DNA of 25,559 nt from an uncultured Methanosarcinales archaeon (lineage in GTDB: Archaea; Nanobdellota; Nanobdellia; Woesearchaeales; DATGWN01). The position numbers were made by a program, and so were the translations under genes. The stretch lies in assembly GCA_964525725.1 (NCBI GenBank), contig CAZGJY010000001.1:1-25559 (forward strand). Reading direction: 5' to 3'. Shown in pieces: positions 8,559 to 16,599 of the stretch; position 1 is the first letter of the stretch; each line of letters begins with the position of its first letter. Below the pieces are notes generated by a model, which was not told where the DNA came from, did not search any database, and was given only the letters and a program-made list of their open reading frames with translations.

Positions 8559-9002
8559 TTATTTTTGTTGCACGCTTTTTCTAAGTGCCGCTTCGTGATT
8601 TTCACGTTTCGTTTCAGCTAGCTCGACATCGACAATTAAAAGAGCCAAATTTTCTTGAGACCATTCAACATTAGTTGCACCAAGGGCTCCAAGTAATTTC
8701 TCAATTCGTTCACGCTCTTTCTTCTCGACATATACAACGAGAAAGGGAAGTTTATTGGCAAACTTTCCAATCTGAGCACCATCCATGACATGCTTGAAAT
8801 AATGAACTTCACCGGTGATGAAAAGTGGTTTTAATTTTTCTGCCAGTGCAAGAATTGAGGGATATGCTGCGCTGACTATGTATTTTCCGTATGGATGAAA
8901 ACTTTAGAGTGGATTATCTCGGGAATAGTGGATAAAACTTATTCCTTGTTGCCACACATCAATTTTTGTGGAGCGTTGTTTGAAATCCCAAAACCAGCCC
9001 AT
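8559..9002 (-). pseudogene. 148-codon ORF interrupted by one in-frame TAA (8904-8906)
   Basis: My translation: MGWFWDFKQRSTKIDVWQQGISFIHYSRDNPL*SFHPYGKYIVSAAYPSILALAEKLKPLFITGEVHYFKHVMDGAQ..., continuing into the listed 8559..8786 ORF. TATA-like ATTAATAA ends 23 nt before the ATG at 9002. Confidence 0.6.
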
Positions 9003-9092
9003 TGCAAGATATCGTTACAAGCGCATTATTAATTTATTGCTGAAGTACGCGACGAAAAAGACGCGAGATTCTCATCGAGGGTGTACGCAACA

Positions 9093-9100
9093 TTTATAAA
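9093..9100 (+). promoter_or_regulatory. TATA-like box of the membrane-protein cluster
   Basis: TTTATAAA ends 24 nt before the ATG at 9125. Confidence 0.6.
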
Positions 9101-9124
9101 CAAACTTCTGCAGAATCCGCAACA

Positions 9125-9706
9125 ATGGTATCAGCATTCGGAAATGCAATCGGTTTCTTGGCGAATATCGGACTCTACGACGTCATCCTGCCGTTTCTCT
9201 TGACTTTTACAATCATCTATGCAATCCTAGATAAAACAAAGATTTTGGGCATGGATGACTTTGATGGCAAGAAATATCCGAAGAAAAATCTCAATGCACT
9301 TGTCGCGTTCTGCATCGGTTTCTTGGTCATCGCGTCAAAGAACCTTGTCTCGCTCATCAATACGACTCTCGCACAGATTGTTGTCTTGTTCATGATTTGC
9401 GTATTCTACCTTGCGCTCGTCGGTGTTTTCTACAAGGACAACGTCGAAGACCAATTCAGCAAGAGCTGGAAGACATTCTTCATCGTCACTTTGCTCATCG
9501 CAATCATCCTCATCTTCGCGAACGCGATCACGCTCGCTAACGGCGACAGCGTCCTTGTCTTTATTTACAATCAGCTTGCATTCAATATCGATAGTGCGAT
9601 CGTTTCGACGATTGTCCTCATCGCGCTCATCTTGGGCGCAATGTTCTATGTCGTCACACCGCCAAAGCCGAGCGGTGCAGGAAAAGAGGGAGGAGATAAA
9701 AAATGA
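9125..9706 (+). CDS. Multi-pass membrane protein, paralog 1 (about 5 TM, function unknown)
   Basis: DVILPFLLTFTIIYAILDKTKILG...KKNLNALVAFCIGF; five hydrophobic segments. Confidence 0.9.
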   Translation: MVSAFGNAIGFLANIGLYDVILPFLLTFTIIYAILDKTKILGMDDFDGKKYPKKNLNALVAFCIGFLVIASKNLVSLINTTLAQIVVLFMICVFYLALVGVFYKDNVEDQFSKSWKTFFIVTLLIAIILIFANAITLANGDSVLVFIYNQLAFNIDSAIVSTIVLIALILGAMFYVVTPPKPSGAGKEGGDKK

Positions 9707-10272
9707 GCGTTCTAGATCAAGGATTCCAATCACTGATACAAGGAGATGTATTCGTCATATTGCTCCCATTCCTGCTCATCTTTGCAGTTGTGTTCGGTAT
9801 TTTTACAAAGGTAAAGATTTTCGCTGAAGGCGAGAACAAGAAGTTTGCGACAATCATCGCACTCGTCATGGGTCTTACTGCCGTATTCCAGCACTACGTC
9901 AAAGTCGGTGGTGAGAGCTATGATATCGTCAACATCATCAACGGCGCGTTGCCACAGGTCGCGCTTGTCCTTGTCGCAATCGTGATGCTCTTCCTCATCC
10001 TCGGATTGTTCGGCAAAGTGCCAGCGATCGGCGAGAACAAAGCATCAGTTTGGATCGCAGGCGTTGCGATACTAGCAGTCATCTACATTTTTGGATCATC
10101 TGCAGGTCTTGGCTGGTGGAACTTGCCGTATTGGCTGCAAGACTACCAAATTTGGTCGCTCGTCGTAGTCATCCTCGTCTTTGCGCTCATCATCAGATAT
10201 ATCACTGGTGACGACAAGCCGAAAGATGAAACAAAGACGACGCTTGCAGAATTCTCCAAGCTCTTCAAGTAA
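9703..10272 (+). CDS. Multi-pass membrane protein, paralog 2
   Basis: DVFVILLPFLLIFAVVFGIFTKVKIF...NKKFATIIALVMG. ATGA overlap with paralog 1 and a GGAGG SD. Confidence 0.9.
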   Translation: MSVLDQGFQSLIQGDVFVILLPFLLIFAVVFGIFTKVKIFAEGENKKFATIIALVMGLTAVFQHYVKVGGESYDIVNIINGALPQVALVLVAIVMLFLILGLFGKVPAIGENKASVWIAGVAILAVIYIFGSSAGLGWWNLPYWLQDYQIWSLVVVILVFALIIRYITGDDKPKDETKTTLAEFSKLFK

Positions 10273-10280
10273 GGTAATAC

Positions 10281-10304
10281 TTTTATTTTTTTATTGTTAT
10301 AAAC
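10281..10304 (+). promoter_or_regulatory. T-rich terminator-like tract followed by TATA-like GTTATAAAC
   Basis: TTTTATTTTTTTATTG (10281-10296) follows paralog 2; GTTATAAAC (10296-10304) precedes paralog 3. Confidence 0.4.
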
Positions 10305-10335
10305 ACTACAGCAAAAATAGCGGCAGACACTTTCC

Positions 10336-10908
10336 ATGGCAACTACATTCATCGACACCAGTCTTCTGACAGGAATGCAATTCATCTTCTCATTCATCCT
10401 AGTGTGGATCATTGTGTACTCCGTCCTCGGCTTCACACAGCTTTTCAAAACGAATCAAGGTCTGAGAGGACTTCTTGCGATCATGGTTGCGCTGCTCACG
10501 CTCGCATCGCCAAAAGTGCTCATGGTCGTCTCACTCATCGTACCATGGTTCTCAATACTCTTTGTCTTCATCGCAATGCTGCTTCTTGGCGTCATGCTCT
10601 TTGGCATCGAAGGAAAGACAATCACGAAATGGGTCGAAGAGAAAGACAACGTCACTGTCAATTTCATCATCGTCGTTGCAGGAATCATCTTTATTGCAGG
10701 TCTCGGTTATGTTTTCTTCAGCGGTGGACCAACGACGCAGCAGAATGTGACGCAGACGACAATCACGTCAGCAGGCACAGTAACGACAGCAGATGTCGGC
10801 GGCACAGGTGCTGGCGCATTGATGGCAACGCTCTTCCATCCTAAAGTCCTCGGAGCAATATTCGTCCTGCTGCTGGGTCTCTTCACCATCTTGCTCTTAG
10901 TCAAATGA
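10336..10908 (+). CDS. Multi-pass membrane protein, paralog 3, with Thr/Gly-rich loop
   Basis: FIFSFILVWIIVYSVLGFTQLF...GLRGLLAIMVALL. Loop SGGPTTQQNVTQTTITSAGT contains an N-x-T sequon. Confidence 0.88.
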   Translation: MATTFIDTSLLTGMQFIFSFILVWIIVYSVLGFTQLFKTNQGLRGLLAIMVALLTLASPKVLMVVSLIVPWFSILFVFIAMLLLGVMLFGIEGKTITKWVEEKDNVTVNFIIVVAGIIFIAGLGYVFFSGGPTTQQNVTQTTITSAGTVTTADVGGTGAGALMATLFHPKVLGAIFVLLLGLFTILLLVK

Positions 10909-11453
10909 ACCAATTCAGCAAGCGTCGATCTGTGCGCGTGCGCAAATCATCGCAATCACCAGCACTGCATCTCGCAGTCAGTGGAACACCTGGGACTGGA
11001 AAGACGACGCTCGCCAAACGGATATCTAAACTTTTTGACATACAATACATTTCTCTTATTGATTTGATTCTTGCGAATAAACTGCAAGAACGATATGATC
11101 GACGCGCAAAGACATACGATGTCTCTGTTCCAAAGGTTGAGCGATTTTTGCAGAAGAATCTTGATCGCTCTGATTCCTATGTCATTGATTCGCATCTCGG
11201 ACAACTGCTGCCGAAAGAAATCGTTGATTCAGTCGCTGTCACAACATGCAAGCTTTCTGTGCTCGATAAACGATTGCGCAGACGCAGATACAGCGCGCAG
11301 AAGAGGCGAGATAATCTTGATGCAGAGATATTCCAAGTGTGTTACACTGAATCGATCAATAACAAGAAAAAAACAATAACGATAGATTGCACAAAAAAAA
11401 TGAGCGACGTTGCGCTCAAAGCGCGTCTGCGTCCTCTGCTTCGTCGTCGCTAG
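10905..11453 (+). CDS. AK6/Fap7-type (hCINAP-like) adenylate kinase / ATPase
   Basis: SGTPGTGKTT Walker A, VIDSHL, LDKRLRRRRYSAQKRRDNLDAEI lid region. ATGA overlap with paralog 3. Confidence 0.85.
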   Translation: MNQFSKRRSVRVRKSSQSPALHLAVSGTPGTGKTTLAKRISKLFDIQYISLIDLILANKLQERYDRRAKTYDVSVPKVERFLQKNLDRSDSYVIDSHLGQLLPKEIVDSVAVTTCKLSVLDKRLRRRRYSAQKRRDNLDAEIFQVCYTESINNKKKTITIDCTKKMSDVALKARLRPLLRRR

Positions 11454-11880
11454 ATTCGACCTTAGCAGCCGCTTTCCCTTTCTTTTTCTTCGGGTCTTTC
11501 ATCTTTTTTGTGATAGCGATCTTTGCGTGGCAATCTTTGCATTCGATGAGATATGACGGAACGCCTTGGTATGTCTTTCGCTTGTATGGTGTCGTCGCTT
11601 CACCAGACTTGCCACATTCCGGACAAGTATATTGCGCTTCGAGGGTGAGCGATTCTTCGTGCGGCACTTTCTCTTCAGTGAATCCGCATGATGGGCAAAC
11701 ATAGGCAGTCGATCGGATCTTGACTTTTCCTGTAGAATCATCGACAGGTTTTCCCATGAGTGCTTTCTTGCACTTCGGACATTGTTTTTTGTAGACCCAA
11801 GCTTTGATCGACAGCTTGTCTTTTTTCCTGTTCGTGAAGTAGAGCAGATCAGTTGTTGATGTCGGAATTTTGAGTGCCAT
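11416..11880 (-). CDS. Conserved hypothetical double zinc-ribbon protein
   Basis: Four CxxC motifs (CPKC, CPSC, CPEC, CKDC), then a Lys-rich and an acidic tail. GGTGG SD supports ATG 11880 over GTG 11889. Confidence 0.85.
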   Translation of the reverse strand: MALKIPTSTTDLLYFTNRKKDKLSIKAWVYKKQCPKCKKALMGKPVDDSTGKVKIRSTAYVCPSCGFTEEKVPHEESLTLEAQYTCPECGKSGEATTPYKRKTYQGVPSYLIECKDCHAKIAITKKMKDPKKKKGKAAAKVESSDDEAEDADAL

Positions 11881-12067
11881 TGTGACCACCTTTTTATTTT
11901 CTTGACCAATCGCACACGCAGCGCTGCGATAGTCATCGCGATTAGTCTGAGCATCAGAACTTGATTTATATAACTTTCTTTCGTGATATGCAAGAGAAGC
12001 TCAAGTATGCTCTCACACACTTATTTCTTGCCGCGCTACTTATTGTTACGCACTTATCATTCATATC

Positions 12068-12312
12068 TCATTTTTCTTTTATTTTCCGTATTTCTCTTTT
12101 TTTGCTGAAGGTGAGAATAAAGATAGTAATGGGAGCGATGATGATGAAAACGATGACCAAGGAAGAATAGAGCGCAGTGCGAGAATGAGGAAAATAAGAA
12201 AAACGACGCACGCACAACAACAGACGAATAAGAGATGGCAGGAAAGAAACCAAGAGCGCGAAGGAATCGCGTCGTTGCTGCACCGTTCAAGTATCGCGCC
12301 AGTTATACTCAT
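12068..12312 (-). CDS. Possible small membrane protein, reading frame unresolved
   Basis: ATG 12312 has an SD-like GGTGTGA and encodes VVFLIFLILAL. The best coding-like C-terminus (LVIVFIIIAPITIFILTFSKKREIRKIKEK) is in the 12068..12283 frame. Confidence 0.3.
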
Positions 12313-12330
12313 TTCACACCCATGTTGCTA

Positions 12331-12912
12331 TTATCTCCAGCTGCGGAATAATTCCCATACTTTCTCGTCAGAGATTGGCTGCCATTCTTTGTGCATGACG
12401 TCGAATTGCTTGTATGCGATGTCTACCAAGAGCGGATATGATGTCGGGGCTTTGAGTTGCCAAAAATGAGCGCTTGTTGCGCTTGTGTTCACGAGCGCGC
12501 ATGCATGGTTGACTTGCCGACCGTGGCAATCAACTTTGACAGAGACATAATTCGCCGACAAACCGGCAAAGCGCGCCATCGAGATATAGAGATATGCCAT
12601 CTCTCCGCATATCCCTTGCTTATTCTCCCAGACTTCAATACCTGCGACATAATCACGGTCTGCCGCACGTCGATCTTTTCCGTATCCGATGCGCTCGACA
12701 AGATAATCAAATATTATTCTCGGACGCTGCTCTTTTGGAAGACGGCTGAAGACGCTCGCACGACGGACGAGCTGCGCATCAAGCATCGTCGGCAGCGAAA
12801 CGCTCGCGTCGCAGATCGCAATGCGATAGCCTGCGGCGAGCGCTGGGTTGAGGAGCACGGGCTGATCGATATTTGCAAGGAGCGTCGCTATATTCGTGCG
12901 AGATGCGTTCAT
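12331..12912 (-). CDS. Transglutaminase-like (Cys-His-Asp) domain protein
   Basis: QGICGEMAYLYISMARFAG (Cys), VNHACALV (His), LLVDIAY (Asp). AAGGA SD upstream. Confidence 0.82.
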   Translation of the reverse strand: MNASRTNIATLLANIDQPVLLNPALAAGYRIAICDASVSLPTMLDAQLVRRASVFSRLPKEQRPRIIFDYLVERIGYGKDRRAADRDYVAGIEVWENKQGICGEMAYLYISMARFAGLSANYVSVKVDCHGRQVNHACALVNTSATSAHFWQLKAPTSYPLLVDIAYKQFDVMHKEWQPISDEKVWELFRSWR

Positions 12913-12955
12913 GCTTTTTCCTTATGTTCCATCATTTCTGCTCTCAACTCTGCCC

Positions 12956-14047
12956 TCAACTTTTTCTGCTGTAGATTGCGCGCTCGAGCCCGTTTCCGAC
13001 AGATGTCCGACGTGAGAGGATTGCGCCGTCGAGACGCTGCAAGGCATTCGCGACGGATGTCTGCATCGAGTCGGTGAACCGCTGCATTGATTCAAGACCT
13101 GCTAGAATGTTGCCAAGCTGTTCTGCGCTGCAGCCGAGCGTGAAGTATGACGACGAGATCCGCTCGAGCATCGACGCATAGCTGCATGTGTCGACTGCAA
13201 TCTTTTTAGCGGTTGCAAGCGAACCAAGGAGCAAAAGCTCGACAGCATATGAATGAAGCAGATATTCTTTCTTGCGGGCGATTGCGCGTTGCGCGACGGA
13301 ATGGTCACCTTGCGCAAGAATTGTGCTGATACGTTGGTCATGTGTCGAAAGAAATGCATTTCGTTCTGTTGGTTCCTCGATCGACTGTTGCAATTGCTGC
13401 AGCAGCGCAGCCGGCGAGAGCGTATTCATCGTTTCGGCGAACAGATTTTTTGCGCCTTCCAGCTTGTGCAATTCGTTGCCGAGCGTGAAAACATAGCTGT
13501 GTGTTTTCTTCAGCTCGCTCTGCGTCTGACCGATGATCTCATTGATGCAGATGCTGTATTCGTGCATATGTTGCATCTGCAGATTCACCGTTTCGCGCAG
13601 ATTCGGCACTTGATAATCGACGCCGACGATGCGCAAGAGTCTGCTTGCGCCAGAATAATATGCGTTTGCCATCGACGAGTTTGCTGCGCGCATGCCTCGA
13701 TTGAGAATTATCTGCGTCTGTGCGATTTCTTGTGCGATGTCAGAGAGCCGCTCGTAACCATTCCTTATGCTGAGCAGAGAATCTCCGCTCTGATTTGTCT
13801 GACCCGTTTGCGATGCTCTCGGCGTCATTATCATGTCGAGAACTGGGTGCGCAGAAAATGACGCGACAGGTTGTATAATTGGCCGAGCAATTGCGATATC
13901 TAGTCGTTCTTGTTGTCTATTGCATTGCAAGTCTATTCTCTTTGCAAGTCCGTCGCGCAGCAAGAGAATAGTATCTTTCGTAGTCTGTGCATTTTGTGAT
14001 AGTATTTTCTCTTGCGGAGTGTTCGTTTTTGTTTCTGCGTCAGCCAT
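12956..14047 (-). CDS. Hypothetical, largely alpha-helical / coiled-coil protein
   Basis: 363-aa ORF, Gln/Leu/Ala-rich heptad-like stretches, no catalytic motif seen. Confidence 0.8.
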   Translation of the reverse strand: MADAETKTNTPQEKILSQNAQTTKDTILLLRDGLAKRIDLQCNRQQERLDIAIARPIIQPVASFSAHPVLDMIMTPRASQTGQTNQSGDSLLSIRNGYERLSDIAQEIAQTQIILNRGMRAANSSMANAYYSGASRLLRIVGVDYQVPNLRETVNLQMQHMHEYSICINEIIGQTQSELKKTHSYVFTLGNELHKLEGAKNLFAETMNTLSPAALLQQLQQSIEEPTERNAFLSTHDQRISTILAQGDHSVAQRAIARKKEYLLHSYAVELLLLGSLATAKKIAVDTCSYASMLERISSSYFTLGCSAEQLGNILAGLESMQRFTDSMQTSVANALQRLDGAILSRRTSVGNGLERAIYSRKS

Positions 14048-14246
14048 TGTTCATGCTCTCATATGTTTGTGTTCTTCAGCACAGTTCTATCCGTCCCTAT
14101 TCGTTTCGCTTTTTGTATATTTGGTGACCTAAACCGCAAAATTGGATGACTCGTAATGTTGTTATTGCAATAATGCCGAAAAAATCAACTAGCTCAATGA
14201 ACTAGCGTAATCGATATAAACCATGAAATTTGCTGAATGAATCAGA

Positions 14247-15119
14247 ATGGTATTGCAAACAGTCAGCGGTTTTTTCATCGGACCGCTCTACATTTATTTC
14301 TATGGCATCGTGTATGCTGTTGCTGCGCTTTGTTTGTATTGGTTCCTCTCGAAAAAGAAAGATGCAATCGGAATCACGCAACGCGCTGTTGATGAGTTGA
14401 TCATCGCGGTGCTCATCGGTCTCATCGTCGGCGGGCGCATCTTCCATTTCCTCATCAATGATCCCGGCGTTTTCATCAGGGATCCACTGGAACTGTTTCT
14501 GATCCGCAACGGCGGAATGTCGTTCTTCGGAGCGTTGATCGGTATTCTATGTGGCGTCGGGATCTGGTATCGTATTCAGCTCAAACTGCAAGGTGGAAAT
14601 AATATTGTTGCAAACAGATTGGAGATGAAACGGAAAATGCTGATGATCCTCGACTTGGGAAGTCTTGTCGTCTGCATTGCACTCATCTTCGGTCGGATCG
14701 CGAATTTCCTCAATCAAGAATTGGTCGGACGGATCGCTGACCCAAAACTTGTGCCGTGGTGCGTCAATTTCGCGACGGCGAGCGGTTGCCGTCATCCGTA
14801 TCAATTGTATGCAGCTGTGTCACATCTGCTGCTTGCGGTTGTTTTACTTGTCCTTTATTTTCGCAACGCAAGAACTGGGACAATCATCTATACGTTTTTG
14901 TTCGGCTACGGCGTGCTGCGCTTTGTGACGGATTTCTGGCGAGAGGATCCAATCGTCGCGCTTGGTCTGACGGCGTGGCAGTTTTTTGCGATAGTTCTTG
15001 CCATTGTCGGTGGCTATTTACTTGTTCGCCATCTGCGACAAGGTAATCATAGTGAGAATGAGTCACAGACTCAAGCAAATGTGCAACAGGTACATAAACA
15101 TCATAAACGCAAAGATTAA
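14247..15119 (+). CDS. lgt: Prolipoprotein diacylglyceryl transferase (bacterial-type Lgt)
   Basis: FYG, VGGRIF, GGMSFFGA, GRIANFLNQELVGR, RHPYQLY, YGVLRFVTDFWR, with multiple TM segments. Confidence 0.9.
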   Translation: MVLQTVSGFFIGPLYIYFYGIVYAVAALCLYWFLSKKKDAIGITQRAVDELIIAVLIGLIVGGRIFHFLINDPGVFIRDPLELFLIRNGGMSFFGALIGILCGVGIWYRIQLKLQGGNNIVANRLEMKRKMLMILDLGSLVVCIALIFGRIANFLNQELVGRIADPKLVPWCVNFATASGCRHPYQLYAAVSHLLLAVVLLVLYFRNARTGTIIYTFLFGYGVLRFVTDFWREDPIVALGLTAWQFFAIVLAIVGGYLLVRHLRQGNHSENESQTQANVQQVHKHHKRKD

Positions 15120-15194
15120 AAGCAGTGTTGCTGATTATCACATCATAGTACGTTATTATCAAAAAATTATAATCATGTTTGAAAGAGGAATTCT

Positions 15195-16505
15195 GTGGTC
15201 ACTATAAAATCTAAAAACACGAAAATACATTCAAGCGCAAAAGCGACTCAGCGAACGAAATCAAAATCGAGCGGCAACAGCAAAAATATTGTTGATATGA
15301 CTGCATGGGTTGTTGCGAAACGGACGATCACGGCATCTGCTGTCCGTGGCAAACGTGTTCTTATCCGCTGCGATTATAATGTGCCGATAAAGAATGGCGT
15401 GATCGGCGATGATCTTCGTATCCGCGCAAGCTTGACGACAATTTCGTTTTGCCTGAAAAATGGTGCGAAACAGCTCATTCTTGTTTCTCATCTTGGTCGA
15501 CCAACAGAGAAAAATAAAGAGGACTCGCTGGCTCCGATCGCCAAACGACTTTCAGAATTACTGCGCGAAAATGTCGTTCTTGCACCGTCATGTTTTTATT
15601 CTGAATTTACTGCGCTCGGCGCAAATGCTGTGAATGCCAAAGTTGTGTTGCTTGAGAACGTCCGATTCCATCTACAAGAAGAGAAGAATGATGTGGCATT
15701 TGCAAAGCAAATGGCGCAAATCGGCGATATCTATGTCAACGACGCATTTGGTACTGCGCATCGTGGTCATGCGTCAAACAGCGCGATAACTCGCTTCTTA
15801 CCATCGTACGTCGGGCTCTTGATGCGCAATGAATTAGCAAAGCTTGGCCTGGTGACGTTCAAACCGAAACGACCGCTTGTTGTCATGCTTGGCTTCGCCA
15901 AGATTTCTGATAAACTTGATGCGCTCACTGAATTACTCAAGCATGCAGATATCGTTTTGCTCGGCGGCGCTGTCGCTTTCACATTCCTTGCTGCGCAAGG
16001 GAAAGAGATCGGGAAAAGCAAAGTTGAGTTGGACAAGATTCCTCTTGCTCGGACTTTGCTGCGCAAATATCCGACTAAAATTATTCTGCCGCTCGATGTC
16101 GTTTGCGGAACAGGCATCGATTCGCCGAAGTCGCTCATTTTCTCTGTCGAACATATTCCGCCGGATCTCGCAGGATATGATATTGGTCCGCAGACTGTTG
16201 CGTTGTTTGGTTCGTATCTTGAAACAGCGAAAACAGTATTCTGGAACGGACCGGTGGGCGTTTTTGAGCATCCGCCGTTTGATTTGGGAACGAATGAACT
16301 GGCTCTCGCTCTTGCGCGTGTGACTAGATCACGCGGCGTACTATCTATAGTAGGCGGCGGCGACACTGCGTCGGCCGCGGCGCATGCTGGCGTTGCCGAA
16401 AAGCTGACGCATATCTCGACTGGCGGCGGCGCATCACTCGAATTCATGGAAGGAAAACCGCTTCCTGCAATATCTGCGATATATAAGTCGCAGCGCCGCA
16501 AATAA
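15195..16505 (+). CDS. pgk: Phosphoglycerate kinase (bacterial-type)
   Basis: RCDYNVP, SHLGRP, LLENVRF, YVNDAFGTAHR, WNGPVGVFE, GGGDT, STGGGASLEFMEG. GAGGA SD lies 5 nt before the GTG at 15195. Confidence 0.95.
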   Translation: MVTIKSKNTKIHSSAKATQRTKSKSSGNSKNIVDMTAWVVAKRTITASAVRGKRVLIRCDYNVPIKNGVIGDDLRIRASLTTISFCLKNGAKQLILVSHLGRPTEKNKEDSLAPIAKRLSELLRENVVLAPSCFYSEFTALGANAVNAKVVLLENVRFHLQEEKNDVAFAKQMAQIGDIYVNDAFGTAHRGHASNSAITRFLPSYVGLLMRNELAKLGLVTFKPKRPLVVMLGFAKISDKLDALTELLKHADIVLLGGAVAFTFLAAQGKEIGKSKVELDKIPLARTLLRKYPTKIILPLDVVCGTGIDSPKSLIFSVEHIPPDLAGYDIGPQTVALFGSYLETAKTVFWNGPVGVFEHPPFDLGTNELALALARVTRSRGVLSIVGGGDTASAAAHAGVAEKLTHISTGGGASLEFMEGKPLPAISAIYKSQRRK

Positions 16506-16599
16506 GCTGAATAGAGGCTTTCTTTGTTATTTTGCAATGTTTTAGCCAATTCTACCTACAAAAGATTAATTAACGAGCGTGTCTTTCTTTTGTTTTCCG

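Noticed and set aside
8904-8906. Stop-codon recoding as the explanation for the in-frame TAA
   Set aside because: TAA ends ordinary genes in this window (for example the histone at 298-300) and no conserved gene has internal stops.
11908-11958. Small hairpins and a near-tandem GCGAT(T)AGTC repeat in the zinc-ribbon gene leader
   Set aside because: Stems are only 5-6 bp and CG-rich short palindromes are common throughout this sequence.
14162-14173. Palindrome TTATTGCAATAA between divergent genes
   Set aside because: Single AT-rich occurrence with no second copy or regulator gene to support it.
712-16549. Long antisense ORFs (712..1251, 4660..5178, 5209..5661, 13253..13861, 15767..16549 and others)
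   Set aside because: Each lies opposite a gene with clear family motifs or better coding character and shows no motifs itself; they are shadows of codon bias.
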